Shown here piece by piece: positions 22,907-35,356 of a DNA stretch of 64,000 bases. The notes beneath the pieces are model-generated. The model did not search any database and was not told where the DNA came from. It saw only the letters and a list, made by a program, of their open reading frames with translations. The stretch is from assembly GCA_963693365.1 (NCBI GenBank), contig CAVNZM010000008.1, positions 3,501,572 to 3,565,571 on the forward strand. Direction: 5' to 3'. Position 1 is the first letter of the stretch. Every line of letters starts with the position of its first letter. This stretch comes from Amoebidium appalachense (lineage: Eukaryota > Protista > Ichthyosporea). The translations under genes were made by a program, and so were the position numbers.

Positions 22907-24672
22907 GGGGGGAGGAGGGGTTTTTTGGGGACTTCAGCGGTGGGCCGAAGGGTACATCTGGTTTGGTTTAAGAGAAAGAGGGGCAGGGACCAGGGAGGAG
23001 GGAAAGGAGGGGGGAGGGGTAGGAGGGAAGGGGGGGGGGGGGGGGGGGGGGGGGTCTCGTCTTCACGAATCCCCAGGTGTTGCTACCTGCACCTCACCAC
23101 AACAAACGGTAACTTATTTACCATAAAGACGTCTTAGATATCATAGTATTCGATTACCTCTAGATCCGGCTAAGCTTTTCCAGGTAACTGGATAACTGGT
23201 TAGCACTCTTCTGATGTACCTCCCCCCTTCCCCCAGGCCCACCCTCCCCCCCCCCCCCCCCTCCCCTCCCTCCCCCCCTCCCCTCCCCCCCCCCCCCCCG
23301 CGCCGCCGCCGACCCCCCCCCCCCCCTGCCCCTTCGCACCCCCCCCCCCCCCCCCCCCCCCCAACTCCCAGTTTCATAGTTGACGGTTAAGCTCATATGC
23401 CCCCCCCTCCCCCCCCCCCCCCCTCCCTCCTCCCCCTTTCTCCCCGCCCCTCCCCCCCTCCCCCCTTTAGCTGGTACACATAGCCCATCAACAACTTGCT
23501 CTCCTGTCCACATTCCATCTCTCCCTTGGTTTCTCCCTTCCGATGACTGACGTCTTTTCCATCACCACCGTCCGGTTTTTGGGTGGGTCATCCCCCCCAT
23601 CCCCCCCCCCCCCCTCCCCCCCCCATCCCCCTCCCCTCCCTCCCCCCCCCCCCCCCTCCTCCCCTCCCCATCGCTCCCCTCCACTCCAAACGTTTCTTTT
23701 TTTGTATCCCTCCCCCTCCCCCCCCCCAACCTCCCCCCCCGGTCCCCCCTCCCCCCTCCCTCCGCCCCTCCCCCTCTCCCCCTGCCGTCCCACACACCGT
23801 AACACATTGATTGTAGTAAGAGCGAACATGGGTAGCACATGCACACTCGGCTTAAGCCAAATATCCATTCTCAGTAGCTAACTAATATCAAGCTCATCAT
23901 CTAATCCACCCCCCCCCCCCCCCCCCCCCTCCCCTCCCCCTCTCCCCTCGGCCCCCCCACACATCCCACTCTCCTCCCCGCCCTTCACTCCCCTCCCTCT
24001 CCTTTCCCCCTTTATGTTCATGTATTTCCTAATCTAGGTCTTCTACCTTTCTATTTCCGAAGCCCCGCCTCCATAATCACATGGCCCCTAACTAGAGATG
24101 AAGACCCGGAGAACGACTCACTGTAGTCTTTGCTAAACTCGCTGACAATGTGTTCTGCTTTTAGATTTTTATTCTGGTTTTGAATTTTATTCTGGTTCGA
24201 GGATTGGCAATAGCGCCACCGTGCCTACAGAGAACTCGTGGCCATGCGGTTCCTGACCGCCAGGCGACGCCCTGTGCATGATTTTCAAGCAATATGATTG
24301 GCTCACGGTGCAAGCGGTACTGTACACAAAATCCCTGACGCATACACAACATCTTCTTGTGTTAGAACTGGGATATATACACTAGCCTGATTGGATAGAC
24401 GGAAGAAACACCAGGACTGTTAGGAAGCTATTTACAGACGACAGAAAGCAAACTAGGAAAACCTGTACAAGATTCAACTGCTAGTCATACGATACACCTG
24501 GCGGATATGTGCCTGGATAATTAAAAAAGTTTCTGGTACCGATTATATGAACACAATAAAAATTATCTCGTGTGCACCTGCAGATACACTCTTCACAATG
24601 TAGCGCTCCTCATTTACCTACAACTTGCGTAGTGCATCAGTTCAGAACGAAAAAGTTAGCGAAATCTCCAAT

Positions 24673-25044
24673 TTACGCAGCCGGCCGCATAGCCTCAGCA
24701 GCCTTTGACATTTTTGCAGCCACGATTTTCGAATCGCCGGTCGGGATATATTCCACAACCACCACCCCTTCCTCATCATCGCTATCATCGCACTCTGCAA
24801 CCACCGTTTTCACTGATTCATCGCCGGTGTCCATGCGGAGTTCAATTTCCAAATCTCCGTTTTCCGCAGGGCCGCACCGGAATGCGCACCCAAACCACAC
24901 GACGCAGAAAAAGAGGAGACTTGCAATGAACACGAAGCCGCTAATGGCATAGAAGATGGGGCTGTGTTGCCTCAAGGTGACCTCCATGACCTCCATTACG
25001 GGGTTCTGTGGGAAGGGGTGAGGGTGGTAAGAATTGTTTCCCAT
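24673..25044 (-). CDS. Hypothetical single-pass membrane protein with acidic tail
   Basis: 123-aa ATG ORF. TM segment IFYAISGFVFIASLLFFCVVWFGC and acidic DDSDDEE. Confidence 0.5.
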   Translation of the reverse strand: MGNNSYHPHPFPQNPVMEVMEVTLRQHSPIFYAISGFVFIASLLFFCVVWFGCAFRCGPAENGDLEIELRMDTGDESVKTVVAECDDSDDEEGVVVVEYIPTGDSKIVAAKMSKAAEAMRPAA

Positions 25045-25308
25045 TGAGGTTTTTCAGGTAATGCAACACGTAACCGTCCAAACAGTTGTTTGGTGTGCGA
25101 ACTGTGCTTTCTAATCATGCTAAGAAACAACTAGTTTGAGCATTAAGCACGGGGAAAAAACACAAAGGAAAAAATGGATAATAGGTTGGACACGTACACA
25201 AGAGCAAGTGCTTCTAACACGGTGTCGAGCTGTTGAACACCCAACTAGCAGAGGGGTAAGGCTGTCCACACTTTTTGCTGTTCGAGTACAAAACTAAATG
25301 TAGAGCTT

Positions 25309-25719
25309 CTAGACACGAAAATAGGAAAGTTTAGCTACCTGTGTGGATCCTGGCTTGGCCGCAGGCACATGAAGATGGATTTCGTTCGTGCGCGTCGTCT
25401 TTGGCAGCCTGTCGAGCCACACCTGTGGGAACACGGTCTGAAGAAGCGAATAAAGTGCCGGGGGGATGTTCACCGATCTCTCCGTGGTAACTGTAACCAC
25501 AACCTCCCTCCCCTTTCCTTGGGTGGGCATTCTTTGCACCGTTGGAGTGGTGATAGTATTTTGTGGCTGTGCAAGGGAAACGGTGTTGTAGACTGAGTCT
25601 CCGCTTCCAACCTCAGCAACAGAGAGGCCTTTTTCCGAACCACGAGTTATTCTCACGGGCATACCGTCTGTGTGGGAGACAGCCAGAACAGCAAACACGG
25701 CAAACTGCTTGAAATTCAT
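25309..25719 (-). CDS. Hypothetical small secreted protein
   Basis: 136-aa ORF with A-rich start context (CACAAAAATG) and signal-peptide-like MNFKQFAVFAVLAVSHTDG. Confidence 0.55.
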   Translation of the reverse strand: MNFKQFAVFAVLAVSHTDGMPVRITRGSEKGLSVAEVGSGDSVYNTVSLAQPQNTITTPTVQRMPTQGKGREVVVTVTTERSVNIPPALYSLLQTVFPQVWLDRLPKTTRTNEIHLHVPAAKPGSTQVAKLSYFRV

Positions 25720-27099
25720 TTTTGTGGTTGATTTAGTGTAAAAAACGTGCTTGCTTTGGCTGTTGTTAGAGAATTATTGTGGGTTGGATTTCAAGGCGAT
25801 GTTTGTAGGTGAGATTTTTTGGTTTCTCAATGAATGTAACTTGTTCGTATTCTCAACACACACTGGATGTGGTGCATTGAGTGAGTGCGCGAGAGGACTA
25901 TATAGTAGAAGTATGGAGATAGCGCTACATGATATTGATCCAATCATTCAATTGCTAGAACTATGGTGGCTGGCAAAGCCCCCAACAGTAACCTAAAAAC
26001 CATGACTCATACACAGCAATCTTGTGCTTTTTTAACTATTAAGGAATGATTATTTAATTTGAAAACTACAATGCTTGATTCACGGTATTTTGCTATATAT
26101 TTGCTATTATTTTCCATTGTGAGCCAGAGTTCGAAGGAATTTAAGTGTCCTTCGGTGATTGGCTCAAAAGTCCCAATGCTTATTTGCTGGCTTAAGGTTA
26201 ACCAATCACAGCTATTATCGAAAAAAGCCACCAATAAGGGAACAGCTGTGGCTCTTAGGGCTTTGTGTCAGCCAATCACAAAGTTAAACACTAAGTCCGC
26301 CAATCACGCCTCTATACCGGCACCCAATCAATTCGCGCTAGCTTCCTGTACATTTTTTGCACGCGCAGCTCGCGGCCCCCAAGCCGAGGCGAGTTGGCGA
26401 CGTTGCCGATGGCCCTACAGAAAGGCCGGGGAGAAATGCAGGGTAGAACGAGCGGTACCTCAGCTAAAAAATCTTCCAAAAGCGTCGGTAGAGGGGTATG
26501 CAACGGTGTGCATGTGTGTGTGCGTGTGTGTGTCACGGTGTATGTGTATGTATGAGTGTATGTATGTTTGTTTGTGTCCGTGTGCTGTGTGTGTGTGTGA
26601 TGAGTGTGCGTGCGTGTTTTATGCGTGTATATGCGTGCGCGGGGTGCATGTGCATGTGAGTAATACTAATATGCCCCTGTGCATGTGTGCGGCGCGCTTT
26701 TGTACATGTGTGTGTGAGCATGTGTCTGTGCTCCTGTGTTCGTGTGGCGTACGTGTCCGTGTGTGCTTTTTTGCAATGTCGTGTGTGCCCGTGCGGGGAG
26801 CCGTAAAAAACGTTAAGTGCAATCAGTAATGTGTGCCACGGTGTGTCTTCCCCCCACCCCCCCCGCCCGCCCGCCCCATCTCGTCCCTCCTCCCTCCCTC
26901 TCTTCCTCTCTCTTCCTCTCTCATCAAAGATCTCAATCTCCAAACCCCCTCGCGATCGGGAGGGCTCTCTCTCTAAGAGGCTTAATAGGCTTCCCCCCCC
27001 CCCCCCCTCCTCTCTCTCCCTTTCTCTCCCCCTCTCTCCCTCTCCCTCTCTCTGCCCCCCCCCTCTCTCCCTCTCCCTCTCTCTCTCTCTGGATCCCTT

Positions 27100-27285
<186 letters not shown>

Positions 27286-28317
27286 GCTCGCTCGCTCTCT
27301 CTCTCTCTCCTTCTTTCTCTCTCTCTATTTCTATCCCTCTCTCTGCGCGTGTGTGTGCACTGTGCGTGTGCTTGTGCGTGTGTGTGCGTGTGTGTGCACT
27401 GTGCGTGTGTGTGCGTGCATGTGTGCGGGTGTGCATGCGTGCGGGTGTGTGTGCGTGTGGCGCGTGCGTGTATGTGTTTGTGAACGTATGTGCAAGGATG
27501 TGCACATTCTCCTTTTTAATGTGTGCGCGCGTTTGGGTGCTTGTGTTGTGTGATGTGTGTATGGGCGGAGGGGGGGGGGGGGGGGGGGGGAGGGGGGGAG
27601 GGGGGGAGAAGGAGAGGGGGGGGAAGACGCGAACCGTTTTACCAACAGAAGAAATCATCTGTCGAGCTAAAATATCACGTTGTTCCGTAATTGGTTCGGA
27701 TAACCAAAGCCTGAGTCATCTCGGTCTTGCCACACAGCATTCGAAACTTCTATGCCCTTACTGCGGGATGTGCACTGCCAACCAGTCACAGACGACCACC
27801 CTACGGGTTGCCGTCCAAACACAACACCAAGCACCCTCGAACTCCCCACAACACAACATCAACACACTGCAACAAAAAGGAGACCAGCACAATGTGATGG
27901 CACGGCCTAGGGCCGCTGCTAACAGATCAAGGTATAAAACACAGCAGTAAAAAACACGTACACGCAATCATGGATAGCTTTACGGAAAAATAAATCCGGA
28001 GTCTTTTATTTACACACATGGCACCCGTGCGATACAACACTATTGCCCACACACCCAAACTCACAAAGCAAAAATCAAAGAACACAAAAACAGCACAAAA
28101 GCAACACAAAAGCAACACAAAAACAACAGCACAGACGGCCCCAACACAAACACTACCTGCCTGTAAAAAAATAGACAACCCACCGGTCTGCACATCCATG
28201 TGACCCCCTCAGACTTGATTAAAGGCGAATGCGAAATTTAAATTTTACAAAAACATTGCAGGCAACAGGACCTACCCACACCCTCATCCACCACTGTCAC
28301 GTGCGCACGCGCGCACA

Positions 28318-28415
<98 letters not shown>

Positions 28416-28435
28416 GCATACACACAAGCACACAC

Positions 28436-28479
<44 letters not shown>

Positions 28480-29581
28480 ACAAACACACACACGTGCGTG
28501 CACGCGCGTGCGCGTGCACCCCTGCATAAACACCAAATGACGGTCAAGATTAGCAGTAGGAGACAGTCGGAAACGACTATACTTTCGGGCCAATACTTGC
28601 AGATGGCCTAAGTTTAGACCCTTTGTTATATAAACTTACGGTAAACGTATAGCTTATAGGTAAACTCAATTATTATTCTAGTGCCCATAGTCAGCTGCCT
28701 GGGGATATAGGGAGCATACGGTAGCCTCATGAGGTGAAACATGGGGTGAAACGAATTCTTTCGTGAAATTTTTGAAAAGGTAAAACAAAAAAAAAAAAAA
28801 AAAAAAAAAAGCTGGGGCCTCGGGCAAATACTGGCTCTAGCACGACGGGGTCATGTTTATGTTCACTGCTCCGAATCAAACAGCACCCCCAACTGGCTGC
28901 TTGAACTAGTTTATCGGTTCAATGGATGGTTGGCGGGAAGGAGGAAGGGGGCAGACGGGGTTTTTTTTTTTATTTTATCACGGTTTGTTCCCGGGGGACC
29001 TTTGCAGGGCCTTTAAAGAAACTATCGTTTTCCACAGTAGCACCGACTGTACACGAGTTAGGGCACTATCTATGTACTCAGCTCAGCTAAGCCATCCTTC
29101 ACAAACGGGGAGACGGGGAAAGAAAAGGGGGGGGGGGGGGGGGGGAGGAGGGGGAAGGGGGGGCAACGTGAGAGTTTTATAGCGAGCCCAGGCCCGGAGC
29201 AAGCTCTGTGGTGATTACATTGCAGCAAAACCCAAGCTTGCCAAAAGTATTACAACTCTAAAAAACGAAAGCATTTTTTGTTTTTCATTCTTTCTTTTTC
29301 TGTTCTTTTTTCTCTTTTTCTTTCTTTCATTCTTGTTATTTTTTATTTATTTTTTTTTTGGGGGGGGGGGGAAGGGGGGAGGGAGGAAGGGAGGGAAGGA
29401 AAGGATGGTGCAAGCGGGCATTGAAGGGAACATGTGGAAAACCGTTCAAATATGGGGATTAGGGACACGAAGAAACGGGGAGGGAAGAGAATTGAGAAGT
29501 TGGCCTTCTGACGGGAGGAAGCTTAGGGAAGGAGTGATCACGGGTGGTATGCAGGCAACCCCTCCCCCTCCCTGCCTTCCT

Positions 29582-29620
<39 letters not shown>

Positions 29621-29873
29621 GCAGACACACACACGCGCGCGCGCACACGGACATGCACACGCTCGCGCGCACACACATGCACACACGACCACACATGCAC
29701 ACACGCGCGCGCGCGCACACACACACACTCTCTGTCTCCGGCTCCTTCCCCCCCCCCCTCCCCACCCCCCCAACCCCCCCTCCCCCCGCGCCCCAACCGC
29801 TTCACATGCAACCCCCCCCCCCCCCCCCTACACACACACACACATGTACACACGCGCGCGGCGCGCGCGCACG

Positions 29874-29931
<58 letters not shown>

Positions 29932-30162
29932 TACACAGACACACACACCTGCTCGGGCTTTACCGTCTTGATCATCAGATACTTCTGGACAGTTGGTAGC
30001 TTGATTTGACATCAAAAACACGAAAGAGGTTCAACTTGTCTTCGAGCTAGCCATCCTGCTTAAAAGTGAAAGAAAGAAGAAGAAGCCATGAAAAAGAAAA
30101 AGAAGAACCAGAGAAGATGGGGGGATGGATGTGTGTTGGTGGTGGTGATTGTATTTTTTTTT

Positions 30163-30195
<33 letters not shown>

Positions 30196-30934
30196 GGGGG
30201 GGGGGGAAAGGGGCAGGGGGGGGGGGGGGGGAGGGGGCAGAGGGGTATGAGGGGGGGGGGGGGTAGGGGGAGAATGCTGCCTAAAGTGTATAAGAACCAC
30301 TGAGGGAAAAGAGAGTGATACATGATACATGGAATGGGAGTTTGTGGGGAAAAGCGGGGGGACGAGTGATGCGGGTTGGGGTGGGGGAGTGGGGGGGAGA
30401 GGTGGGGTGGAGTTGATTGTGGTACTTGCATTGTCAACCCAAAGTACAAACACACAATGAAAACATAGTCTGACGTGCACAAACGAACACACATACATAC
30501 ATCAAGGACGTAAGATAAGCCTGCAAATTCTTGGGGGGGGGGGGGGGTTGACCGATATATCTACATGTGCAGTGAGTCGAGCGAGGGGGGGGGGGGGGGG
30601 GGTGAATGGGGGTGGTGGGGTGGGGGGTGGGGGGGTGGGGAGGGGGAGGGGCTGATGATGGAGGACGGGGGGGGGGGGGGGGGGGGGGAGGAGGCTGAGG
30701 GGGGGGGGGGGGGGGGGGGGGGGGGAGGGGGGAGGGAGAGAAAGAAACACATAAAGGAAGTGCACATGGGGGAAATATGGGCAATATCACTTAACAGATC
30801 GTAAAAGAACACTCCCTACTTCTATGGCACGCTAAGTGCAAGCATGAGCATGCACACACACATGCATACATCCATACACCTGCGGGATTTTCGTGTTGCA
30901 CAAACCACTCCATGTGCTTACTACCTGGCCTCCC

Positions 30935-30972
<38 letters not shown>

Positions 30973-31092
30973 ATACACACATACACACACACACACCCTC
31001 AACCGCCCAAACCCCACCACCCAAACCCCAGCCCCAATTACCCGCCACCCACCCTCACCCATACTCATCCCACCCCAAGTCCCCCCTTTACA

Positions 31093-31138
<46 letters not shown>

Positions 31139-31626
31139 AGTCACCCACCCATTTCCACACGCAGTGTGGTGTACCTCGTTTGCAGTAACACAGATGATGA
31201 TGTGACTTTATGTTTCTCAAACTGCAAAACCGGTGAAAGTATCGTGGGTGTGTGGTTGTGCCCACGTGTGCAAGCGGGTGCGTGACTGTGCATGTTTGCC
31301 ATATTTGTGAGCTTAAAACCCCGAGTGGACGTGTTTGTGTTTGGGTATTGAATTTTTCGTGTTTGTTTATGTTGCAAGGTCTTTCCTCTTCGGAAAAAAG
31401 GAAACGTCGGGGGGAGGGGGGAGGGGGGGGAGGGGGGAGGGGGGAGGAGAAGGGGGGGGGGGGGGGGGGAGGGGGGACGGACTGGGGGAGGGCGAGAGGG
31501 ACTCGGAAGAGTTCATGTGGGTGTGAGGAAAGCGAGATCAAGAGATTGGGCAAGAGGGTGGGAGTCCACGGGAAGGCATAGGAAACGAGGGCTGGGGGGG
31601 GGAGGGAGAGCGGATAGGGTTGGAAG

Positions 31627-31663
<37 letters not shown>

Positions 31664-32067
31664 GGGGGGGGGGGGGATGGGGGGGAGGGGGAGGGAGAGA
31701 GAGAGAGAGAAACAGTCGTACATGTAGTTGGGTTGTGTATCATAGGCGAACCTTTAATGAAGCACGTTCGATTTCTAGTAGTTATTGCGCATACACAGTA
31801 TGCACACAGAAACTTTGAGTTGTTCGTTCACAAAGCATAAATAGAATATTCAGCTGCACATATTAAAACATATGTACATAGCATGAGAAGGCATGTACAT
31901 AAAAACACATATACAGTCGCAATGCATACAGTATGGTACACAGTACCACACGAATAGACCATAACCATCTAGAGCATGCACATTGTCAATTAAGTAAAGA
32001 ACTAATAAAAGATAAAAATTAAAATAAAAGGTAGATCCCTAGAGAAACAAGTCACATTGAATCTTGC

Positions 32068-34795
32068 CTACAACCGGGGAAGATTAGGATGCTCCTGCGC
32101 CGAAGAATACCACGTGCCGTTAATGTTAAACCGCCAATTAGATGGCCCCGTTATGGGCAAATAGTAGACCAGCTGCACCACTGTGCTCGCGCCTGGTGCT
32201 AGCTCTGACGTAATCTTAAAGAGCACCCGATTGAAGTCACCCTTAAGGCCCCCCACATTGTTGCTGACGGGGTTCCCTGATTCGACGACTTTAAGGCCCG
32301 CACCGGACCAATCCGCCATGTTATCGGGTGCGCTCGTGCCGTAGGAAAATGCCACCTCGCTATTGGCCGGAATAGCGACCTTCATCCTATTGGTGATTGT
32401 GACCTTGGGGCTGATTGGGTAGCTGTTGTCGCCCAACGCAAACTCTCCAACCGAAATTTCAATCGCCACAGCCTGCGATGGGATCGCAATGTTTGCAATC
32501 GTGTTGCCGTAGCGGGTAGCCGCCTTAAATCCATCATACATGATGGATGTGAGCGTGTCGCCGATGAAATACTCCCCCTGTCCGGTGGCGCATGCGGATT
32601 CCGTCGGATCGACGATGTTGGTGCGCTTACCCGTAACGTCCTTCTTGAAGCACGAATAATCGCCGGCCATCTCCCAGATCATGATGCCCCCCACACCCTT
32701 TGAAATTACATAGTCGACCTTGGCCTTAATGGACTGGGCATCCTCTGTGGAGATGAAGACCTTCTTTTCGTTGTTCCACAGCCACGGTGCCACCGCCATG
32801 CTGTCGTAATTCCGGCCGTACGTGCCCGAAAGGCTGCCGCTGGCGTTGAAACCATAGGACGTGAGGTAAGAGCCATAAACCCCTGCCTGCAGGTTTTTCG
32901 CGTGCCACATGGGGTTGGATCCGGCGCCCACCTCCTTGCCGTTGGCGTCGACATCATGCCAAATATTGTCGATTCCCATTGCGCCGTTGCCGCATTTGGT
33001 GGTGCTGGCGGGACATTTGGACGAGTCAGTCAGGGCAGCCGTACCCCACAGCCCGTTGGTTCCCCCCGTGACCCCCTGCCAACCTCGGGTGCAATATGGA
33101 ACACCGATGTTGGTGCTCCCGGCAGGCATGGCACCGCGGAAGTAGTGGTAGGACCAATCAGAATTGAGGTAGGCGATGCCCTTGTAGTGCCCGCCATTCG
33201 CATTCCACGCGATCAGCTCGGAGTCCTTGCCCGTGTCGAAGAGCGGTGCGTTGTGACCCACAAACTCGTTCCATGCGCCGTGCAGGTCGTAGGTCATCAG
33301 GTTGACATAGTCGAGATACCGCACCACTTGCATGGCCTCCATACCGCGTAGAAGATAACCAGACGATGGCGATGCAATGGAAAGAAGATAGTGCTTGCCG
33401 TCAACTACACCTGCAGCGTCGAATTGTTCACGGAGAGTGCGCATGAGAACCACGTAGTCTTGAACAGATAGGCGCGGTGTGGGTTGCTGTATGAGAAATT
33501 GTCGGGATTCCCAGCGTCATTCATGGAGGTGGGGTACTCGTAATCGATATCAAAACCGTCCACGTGATATTTGCGCAAAAACTCAACACACGACTGTGCA
33601 AAAATGTTAATTGCCGCGACGTTGGGGCTGCCGTCGGCGTTTGTGGTAAGGTTGTAGAAGCCTCCGTCAGTCACCCGGTTGCCGCTGGCGTCAAAATGTC
33701 CACCGGTCTCAGCCCACCCGCCAATCGAAACGAGCGTGGACACACCATAACGTTTCTTGTACGTTGCCAGAGCACCCAAGTGCCCGCGGAAGCCCAAAGA
33801 AAAAGGATCCACGTCCAGCCCAGGCCAGATCGGGCCCACAGCGGCGTTGTTGGGGTCAGCGGTGTTACCAATGCTCACTTGCTGCTGCCGTCAATGTGCG
33901 CAAAGGCATAGTTGACGTGTGTCATCATTCCCCACGGCAGCTGGTAACGAGGTAGGCGGGCTGTCCGGCAATTGCTTCCCGTGCGCCATGACGTGAATTA
34001 GCCAATGATGCGCCGTGAGTGGTCGGCACCCATCTTTTCCCTGCCGGTCTCATCGTAGCGTGTGCAGTAGGGCACATCCAGGCTAGGGGTGCGGGAAAGA
34101 CCCTCGGGGCGGCACTTCTCGTGTGCGTAGGTGGAGGTCGGTGTGGTTGTAGCAGTGGTTATGGTGGTGGGAACCCTTGTCGTGGTGGTGGTGGGAATCT
34201 TCATCGTAGTGGTGGTGATGGTGGTGCTGCTGATGGGGCGTGTGGTTGTTTGTGTTGTGGTGGTGGCGGTGGTGGTGGTTCGAGACGTGGTGGTTGTTGG
34301 TGGGGTCACAGTTGTCGTCGCAGCGGAAGATGAGGACTGGGTGCCCTTCTGGCACGAACCCCACCACTGGCTCTGAGCAACACACACGGTGCCGGGGCAG
34401 CATGAGAGTGCTGTGGTGAATACCTGGCCTGAACATTGGCTGTATTCAGCCAGACATTGTCCTGGAGCGATAGACGTGGTGGTTGTGGTTGTTGCGGTGG
34501 TGGTGGCTGGCTTTGCTGTTGTTGTGGTGGCGACGGTGCTTGTCCTTGTGGTGGTGGTGCCACTGAATGCTGGTGTTGTAGCGTGGGTGGAGGAGGTTGC
34601 GGTTGCGCAAGTGTTGACCAGCTCACAGTACGGGGCCACGCAACTCTCTGGCTGGTGGTTGACCTCGTAGTTGCCGGTGCACCATGCGTCCCCAATGTTG
34701 AGCGCGTTGCCAGGCACGGCACGGCACGTGTTTGTGCACGTGGGCGCAGGGGCTGCAAGCGCTGACGCTGCTGCAAGAACAGAGAGCTGCCGCAT
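32068..34795 (-). pseudogene. Disrupted modular chitinase: signal-like N-terminus, Cys-rich domain, Thr linker, CBM1-like, Thr linker, bacterial-type GH18 + ChiC-like C-terminal domain
   Basis: CBM1-like QCSGQVFTTALSCCPGTVCVAQSQWWGSC; CRPEGL...PYCTRYDETGREKMGADHSRRIIG; THVNYAFAH; SIGGW; catalytic DGFDIDYEYP; LMTYDLHGAW; GGIMIWE. In-frame TAA at 33998-34000 and indels near 33960, 33880 and 33455. No introns. Confidence 0.88.
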
Positions 34796-35218
34796 GTTTT
34801 TAAGAGTTTTGATGTGCGATGTGTGTGTGTTTTCACTTGGCAGTAGTAACTTGGTATTTGGTTGCAGTTGTTGGGCTGGTAGGATGATCGAAATGCGCCG
34901 CCAACAGTTGTTTATATACTTGAGAACCTGCCAGCCAGGCCCAGCCTTGGAACGGCTAGCCGATCGCGAGCTCAATGTTTTTTCTCTCCTCTGTACTGTG
35001 AAATTCAGAGTGAATCAGTGATGGGGTTTACGCTGTTTACTCGAGGCAAAGAGAACCAGTCTCAGGTATGGGGGGGGGGGGGTTTGCTCGGAATATCCCC
35101 TCAGCGGTATATCATGATCACGTACATAGATGTCGGGTGGTGACTATATATCAGGGTTTACTTTCTCTACGAGACACCATAAAGACTACAAGGAGAAATC
35201 AATTAGTTGGGGTTCCCC

Positions 35219-35255
<37 letters not shown>

Positions 35256-35288
35256 GGGGCTCCCCTCGGGACACTCGGTATCAGCTGG

Positions 35289-35335
<47 letters not shown>

Positions 35336-35356
35336 GTGTGTGTGTGTGCGCGTGCG

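Noticed and set aside
29948-30056. Exon-like minus-strand segment resembling an EF-hand protein ([13 protein letters not shown])
   Set aside because: Stops in all three frames, and no partner exons could be linked.
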